Positions 59,241-64,000 of a stretch of DNA of 64,000 nucleotides are shown piece after piece. Source of the DNA: Shimia sp. (lineage in GTDB: Bacteria > Pseudomonadota > Alphaproteobacteria > Rhodobacterales > Rhodobacteraceae). Every line of letters starts with the position of its first letter. Within the stretch, counting starts at the first letter, position 1. Location: NCBI RefSeq assembly GCF_049116215.1, contig NZ_JAGDZB010000001.1:459678-523677 (forward strand), read 5' to 3'. The notes beneath the pieces are model-generated. The model searched no databases. It saw only the letters and a list, made by a program, of their open reading frames with translations, and was not told the origin of the DNA. The position numbers and the translations under genes are program-made.

Positions 59241-59256
59241 TAATTTGATCAAATTA
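59241..59256. promoter_or_regulatory. Palindromic operator TAATTTGATCAAATTA upstream of the aldehyde dehydrogenase
   Basis: Perfect 16-bp palindrome; near-identical copy at 45143. Confidence 0.75.
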
Positions 59257-59328
59257 CTTGTGACCGCGCGTCGCCCCACTTGCGGCTCCCCGTTAAGCCG
59301 CGCAGACTGACGCCAAGATCGAGAGGGA

Positions 59329-60765
59329 GTGAACACCATGATCGAGAAACGCCAATTCTACATCAACGGCCAATGGGTCGACCCCGTTGCCGCCAATGAC
59401 CTGCCTGTCATTGACCCCGCCACCGAAGAAACCTGCGCCGTGATTTCGCTCGGCGATCAGGCCGACACCGACGCCGCAGTGGCTGCGGCCCGCGCCGCAT
59501 TCCCTGCCTGGGCAGACACGCCTTTGGAAGAGCGCGTGGCGAAGGTCAAAAAGCTGCGTGAAATTTACATGGCCCGCCGTGATGACATGGCTGAGGCCAT
59601 GCGCCTGGAAATGGGGGCGCCAACCGATCTGGCCAAAAACAACCAATGGGGCGCCGGTGTCTGGCATCTCGATGGCTTCCTCGAAGCTCTGGAAGACTTC
59701 GAATTTGAATATGCCATGGGCGCGGACCGCATGCGCAAAGAGCCCATTGGCGTCTGCGCCATGATCACCCCATGGAACTGGCCGATGAATCAGGTCTTCC
59801 TGAAGGCCATCCCAGCGCTGCTCGTCGGTTGCACCATGGTGTTAAAGCCATCTGAAATCGCCCCCCTCTCCTCCATTGTCTTCACCGAAATGATGGACGA
59901 AGCCGGCTTCCCCGCGGGCGTTTTCAACATGGTCAATGGTGACGGTGTGGGTGTCGGCTCCCAGCTCTCCGCACATCCTGATGTGGACATGGTGTCCTTC
60001 ACCGGCTCTACCCGCGCAGGCATCGCCATCTCCAAGGCTGCCGCTGACACCCTCAAACGTGTGAGCCTTGAGCTCGGCGGCAAAGGCGCCAACATTATCT
60101 TTGCCGACGCAGACGAGAAAGCCGTGAAGCGCGGCGTGATCCACTGCATGCAAAACTCTGGCCAATCCTGTAACGCGCCAACCCGTATGATGGTCGAAAG
60201 CAGCCGCTATGCCGAAGCTGTGGACCAAGCCAAAGCCGCAGCGGACGCAACCCAAGTTGGTGCCACCACAGAGTCCGGCCGTCACATCGGCCCTGTGGTG
60301 TCCGAGCTGCAGTTCAACAAGATCCAAGGTCTGATTGAGACCGGCATCAAAGAGGGCGCCACTTTGGTCTCTGGCGGCTTGGGCCGTCCGGAAGGCATGA
60401 ACAAAGGCTTCTTTGTGCGTCCAACCGTCTTTGCCGACGTGACCCCGGATATGACCATCTACCGCGAAGAAATCTTCGGTCCAGTGTTGGCAATCTCTCC
60501 GTTTGAGAGCGAAGAGCAAGCTGTGCAAATGGCCAATGACACGGTCTATGGCCTGACCAACTACATCCAGACACAGGACGACGACAAACGCCTGCGTGTG
60601 GCGCGTCAGGTCCGTTCTGGCATGGTGGAAACCAACGGCGTATCGCGTATCAACGGCTCGCCTTTTGGCGGCTACGGTCAGTCTGGCAACGGCCGCGAGG
60701 GCGGCACTTGGGGGCTGGAAGAGTTCTGCGAAACCAAATCCATCAGCGGCGTGCCCATGGCGTAA
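59329..60765 (+). CDS. Aldehyde dehydrogenase family protein
   Basis: ITPWNWP, KPSE, FTGST, LELGGK, GQSCNAP, EEIFGP; start GTG 59329 or ATG 59338. Confidence 0.95.
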   Translation: MNTMIEKRQFYINGQWVDPVAANDLPVIDPATEETCAVISLGDQADTDAAVAAARAAFPAWADTPLEERVAKVKKLREIYMARRDDMAEAMRLEMGAPTDLAKNNQWGAGVWHLDGFLEALEDFEFEYAMGADRMRKEPIGVCAMITPWNWPMNQVFLKAIPALLVGCTMVLKPSEIAPLSSIVFTEMMDEAGFPAGVFNMVNGDGVGVGSQLSAHPDVDMVSFTGSTRAGIAISKAAADTLKRVSLELGGKGANIIFADADEKAVKRGVIHCMQNSGQSCNAPTRMMVESSRYAEAVDQAKAAADATQVGATTESGRHIGPVVSELQFNKIQGLIETGIKEGATLVSGGLGRPEGMNKGFFVRPTVFADVTPDMTIYREEIFGPVLAISPFESEEQAVQMANDTVYGLTNYIQTQDDDKRLRVARQVRSGMVETNGVSRINGSPFGGYGQSGNGREGGTWGLEEFCETKSISGVPMA

Positions 60766-60789
60766 CGTCGCCCTCACTACCCTGAAAAA

Positions 60790-60828
60790 GAAACAGCCGC
60801 AGACCCTCGTCTGCGGCTGTTTTTTATG
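60790..60828. terminator. Bidirectional terminator between ALDH and helicase
   Basis: AAACAGCCGCAGA / TCTGCGGCTGTTT stem. Confidence 0.88.
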
Positions 60829-60831
60829 GAC

Positions 60832-62151
60832 TTAAGCGGCGGATTTGCGCGGTCGGTTGCGCCGACGACGCCCGCCACTGGGTTTGCCTCCGGCATTTCC
60901 TCCCGGCTTGCCACCGGGCTTCCCGCCAGGCTTGCCACCGGCGTTTGCTCCACCGCGGCCACGGGATTTCTGACCCTGACCAGCAGCAGCGCGCGCGTCC
61001 CGCGCATATTGCTTACTGGACTCGGCAGGTTCCCATTCAGGCCGATCAAACTTCCGGCCAATCAGCTTCTCAATGTCTTTCAGGTAGTCGCGCTCATCCG
61101 AGGCACAGAAAGAGATGGCTTGGCCATCCCGCCCGGCCCGCGCGGTGCGGCCAATCCGGTGCACATAGCTTTCCGCAACATTGGGCAGGTCAAAGTTGAT
61201 CACCAGCGAGATCGCCGGAATATCAATGCCCCGCGCCGCCACATCCGTAGCCACCAAAATGGTCACGTCTCCATCGCGAAAGGCCTTGATCGCCCGATCG
61301 CGCTGACCCTGGCTTTTGTTGCCGTGGATCGAAGCCGCATTGAAGCCCTCGGCCACCAGCTGCTTCATCATGCGCTCCGCACCGTGTTTGGTGCGCGAGA
61401 AGATCAGCGTGCTCTTATCTTTGTTTTCATTCAGAATTTCACGCAATCGAACGCGCTTCTCGCCCTTTTCGTGATATTCCACCGACTGGGTGATCTTATC
61501 CGCGGTCTTACCGGGAGGGGCACATTCCACGCGCTTCGGATCCGTCAGATAGCTCTGGCTCAACTCGTTCATCTGTTTAGGCATCGTGGCCGAAAACAGC
61601 ATGGTTTGACGCGGTGTGCCCAAGTGCGGCGCAATTTTGCGCAAGGAGTGAATGAAGCCCATGTCCAGCATCTGGTCAGCCTCATCCAGCACCAGATAGC
61701 CCACGGTCGACAGATCAATCTCTTTGCGATCCAACAGGTCGATCAACCGGCCCGGCGTGGCCACCAGAATGTCACAGCCGCGCTTCAGCATGCCAATCTG
61801 GCGGTTGATGGATTGTCCACCGACCACGGTCATGACCTTCATCGGCGTGCCCTGCACCATCGGGCGCAGGTTGTCAGCGATCTGATTGACCAACTCACGG
61901 GTTGGCGCAAGCACCAGCGCTTTGACAGATTTGGGCAAAGGGCGACCCGGCGTCGCCAAAAGCCGATCCATCATTGGCAGCCCAAAGGCCAGCGATTTAC
62001 CGGTGCCGGTCTGGGCCAGCCCCATAATGTCATGGCCCTTCAAGGCCAAAGGAATGGCTTTCTCCTGAATCGGAGTTGGCTTGTCAAAGCCGGCCTTGTC
62101 CAAGCCCTTTAGCAGTGTGGACGACAGGCCCAGCTGTTCGAATGTTGACAC
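60832..62151 (-). CDS. rhlE: DEAD-box RNA helicase (RhlE-like)
   Basis: PTPIQ, AQTGTGKS, PTREL, LDEAD, SAT, HRIGRTAR; GTG start with AAAGGA RBS; Gly/Lys/Arg-rich tail. Confidence 0.9.
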   Translation of the reverse strand: MSTFEQLGLSSTLLKGLDKAGFDKPTPIQEKAIPLALKGHDIMGLAQTGTGKSLAFGLPMMDRLLATPGRPLPKSVKALVLAPTRELVNQIADNLRPMVQGTPMKVMTVVGGQSINRQIGMLKRGCDILVATPGRLIDLLDRKEIDLSTVGYLVLDEADQMLDMGFIHSLRKIAPHLGTPRQTMLFSATMPKQMNELSQSYLTDPKRVECAPPGKTADKITQSVEYHEKGEKRVRLREILNENKDKSTLIFSRTKHGAERMMKQLVAEGFNAASIHGNKSQGQRDRAIKAFRDGDVTILVATDVAARGIDIPAISLVINFDLPNVAESYVHRIGRTARAGRDGQAISFCASDERDYLKDIEKLIGRKFDRPEWEPAESSKQYARDARAAAGQGQKSRGRGGANAGGKPGGKPGGKPGGNAGGKPSGGRRRRNRPRKSAA

Positions 62152-62507
62152 AAAATGTCCTTTCACGCCACGCACGCCCTCGGCGCCACGCAGCAAAACG
62201 TCATCGGCCCCGTTTGGGGCCGCAATCGGGTTCGGCAGCACCGCCACGGCGCAAATCATTTTGCGCACGCCCAGCCTGTCCGTTGGAACCCTGCGTGATG
62301 GGAACGAGAGGTGTCGCTGATGCGTCCGTCAGGTCTCTTAGGATAAGACAAACCCCGGCGCGGCATGCTCACGCGGCTGCGCAACGACCCGCTCCACATA
62401 TAGCGCCCGCTGCCAAAGTCAACCTTCATAGCAAAAAGGACCGATGCAATTGCACCGGTCCTGATTTCATTTCTTACTAGATTTTGCGGCTGTCCCGCCC
62501 TGCGAGA

Positions 62508-63845
62508 TCAAGCTCTGCCTTTCCAGGGCACCAGATATTTCTCGGCCCAGCGCATCAACATATCGATGCCAAAGCCGATGATCCCGATGAGGATAATGCC
62601 CATCAAAACGATGTCGGTGTCCTGAAACTTAGATGCGGCCACAATCATCTTACCCACACCTTTTTCCGCCGCGACAAGCTCTGCGGCCACAACCGTGCCC
62701 CAACAGACCCCCATCGCAACCCGCGCTGCGGTGAAAATTTCCGGCAATGAGTTCGGAATGATCACATGACGCAGGATCTGCTTTTTGCTTGCCCCCAAAG
62801 AATAGGCTGCGTGCACTTTGGTGATGTTCACCCCGGACACACCAGAGCGTGCGCCAATCGCCATGATCCACAGTGCAGCAAGGAACAGCAGGATGATTTT
62901 ACCCTGTTCGCCAATCCCGGCCCAAATGATCACCAACGGAATCAACGCCAACGGTGGCACCGGGCGCATGAATTCCACAATTGGATCAAACCAACCACGG
63001 AACCAATTGGACAGCCCCATGGCATACCCCAGCGGAATACCAACCGCCGCACCCAACGCAAAACCGACAATCACGCGGAACAAGGAATAGCTCAGGTGCT
63101 CTGCCAATGTGACGTTCTGATATCCCTCCTGGCTCACCGAAATCAGGCGTTTCCAAACACTTTCCGGTGCGGGCAGCCAGATGTTCTCCATCTGCCAGCC
63201 TTTGGAAGGTTCAAAGTTCAGCGTGCCTTTGTCGGTCAAAGCCACACGGCCAAAGCCAACTTCGACATCGGTATCCCGATCAATCGGTTGCCCGTCCACA
63301 GCAATGACCTTGGCACCGCCCTTACGGGTCACCTCATCATTGGCATCCCAGCGCAGCAGTTTTGACCGGTAAGCTTGCACCACAAGGGCATCATCTTTGG
63401 CAAGCCCGTCATTCTCCGCAACAACAGGCGCCTCAGGTTTTTCGCCTGCTGTGTGCACCAGAACATTGACCGTCGCATCCGCCTTTTGGCCGTCTTCGGC
63501 TTCCAAAGTGTAGGTGAAGCTTGCTTCCCCGACAAAAGGCCCAGGTGCGTGCAGGAATTTGGGCAACAACGATGATCCGGTAAAGGCGCCCCAAATCACA
63601 AAGATCAGCACAATGGATATCACCGAGGCCGCCTTGTTGGAGATAACCGCGCTTTCATCCCCAAATGTCACTGTTTTCAGCGACGTGTAATCCTGCGCCG
63701 CCGTAAGGCGATGCTTGACCTGCGTATAGAGGAAAGAGGCCAAAAGTATCAGCCCCACGTAAAGGGCCACATACGGCAGCGCGCCCACCACGGAGATCAA
63801 AAGCGTTATCAGCTCACCACCAAGATCAGCAAAAATCTGTCCCAT
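62508..63845 (-). CDS. tauC: Taurine/sulfonate-type ABC permease (TauC-like) with a large periplasmic insertion
   Basis: WLPAPESV, RPVPPLALIPL, EAA-like AAYSLGAS.KQILRHV..P, AELVAA. Confidence 0.85.
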   Translation of the reverse strand: MGQIFADLGGELITLLISVVGALPYVALYVGLILLASFLYTQVKHRLTAAQDYTSLKTVTFGDESAVISNKAASVISIVLIFVIWGAFTGSSLLPKFLHAPGPFVGEASFTYTLEAEDGQKADATVNVLVHTAGEKPEAPVVAENDGLAKDDALVVQAYRSKLLRWDANDEVTRKGGAKVIAVDGQPIDRDTDVEVGFGRVALTDKGTLNFEPSKGWQMENIWLPAPESVWKRLISVSQEGYQNVTLAEHLSYSLFRVIVGFALGAAVGIPLGYAMGLSNWFRGWFDPIVEFMRPVPPLALIPLVIIWAGIGEQGKIILLFLAALWIMAIGARSGVSGVNITKVHAAYSLGASKKQILRHVIIPNSLPEIFTAARVAMGVCWGTVVAAELVAAEKGVGKMIVAASKFQDTDIVLMGIILIGIIGFGIDMLMRWAEKYLVPWKGRA

Positions 63846-63846
63846 C

Positions 63847-64000
63847 TTATGCGCTCTCCTCAGTGCGGCCCATGATCTCTTCTTCCATGTTCCAAATCAT
63901 GTTGAGGATCTCTTCGCGGGTTGGCGCATAGTCGGGGTGTTTCTTCACCTCCCGCAAATCCGCACCCACGCCCATATCTGCAAACGGCAATCGGTATTCT
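63847..64000 (-). CDS. tauB: ABC transporter ATP-binding protein (TauB-like), C-terminal end
   Basis: Frame reads EYRLPFADMGVGADLREVKKHPDYAPTREEILNMIWNMEEEIMGRTEESA*; directly upstream of the permease. Confidence 0.7.
   Translation of the reverse strand, partial: EYRLPFADMGVGADLREVKKHPDYAPTREEILNMIWNMEEEIMGRTEESA

Noticed and set aside
60874-60941. GGKP tandem repeats in the helicase tail
   Set aside because: Low-complexity basic tails are normal for RhlE-type helicases.
1-64000. CRISPR array, rRNA, prophage or defence system
   Set aside because: No regularly spaced direct repeats, rRNA-like sequence, phage genes or recognisable defence domains were seen.

Overview
A 64-kb chromosomal segment that looks like a marine Roseobacter-group alphaproteobacterium; this is inferred from gene content and order, not from a database search. 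Core genes are tctA, truB, rpsO, pnp, tRNA-Arg(CCU), rppH-ctpA-envC-gpmI, a MoxR/DUF58/BatA-DUF4159 cluster, polA, a LKR/SDH saccharopine pair, rmuC-mutL, a Mn-type ABC transporter, deoC with a two-domain aldehyde dehydrogenase, a DEAD-box helicase and the 3' end of a taurine-type ABC operon. Two accessory patches interrupt this backbone. One lies between rpsO and pnp (GST cassette, Zur-boxed COG0523 GTPase, desaturase, SDR, SGNH hydrolase). The other lies between pnp and tRNA-Arg (two orphan lipoproteins, DUF1415, AraC plus a PRODH-like enzyme, an internally deleted IS6). The strongest leads are: (1) one near-identical palindrome, TAATTTGATCAAATT(A/T), upstream of both a class-III aminotransferase and an aldehyde dehydrogenase 14 kb apart, suggesting a hidden split catabolic regulon; (2) a proline-dehydrogenase-fold enzyme whose carboxylate-binding Lys is replaced by Asp; (3) a TauC-like permease with an apparently circularly permuted adhesin-type Ig/cadherin repeat in its periplasmic loop; (4) a His-rich membrane-embedded chemoreceptor translationally coupled to a small exported protein; (5) a four-copy family of REP-like intergenic elements. 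No CRISPR array, rRNA or integrase was seen. All homology calls come from motif recognition by eye.
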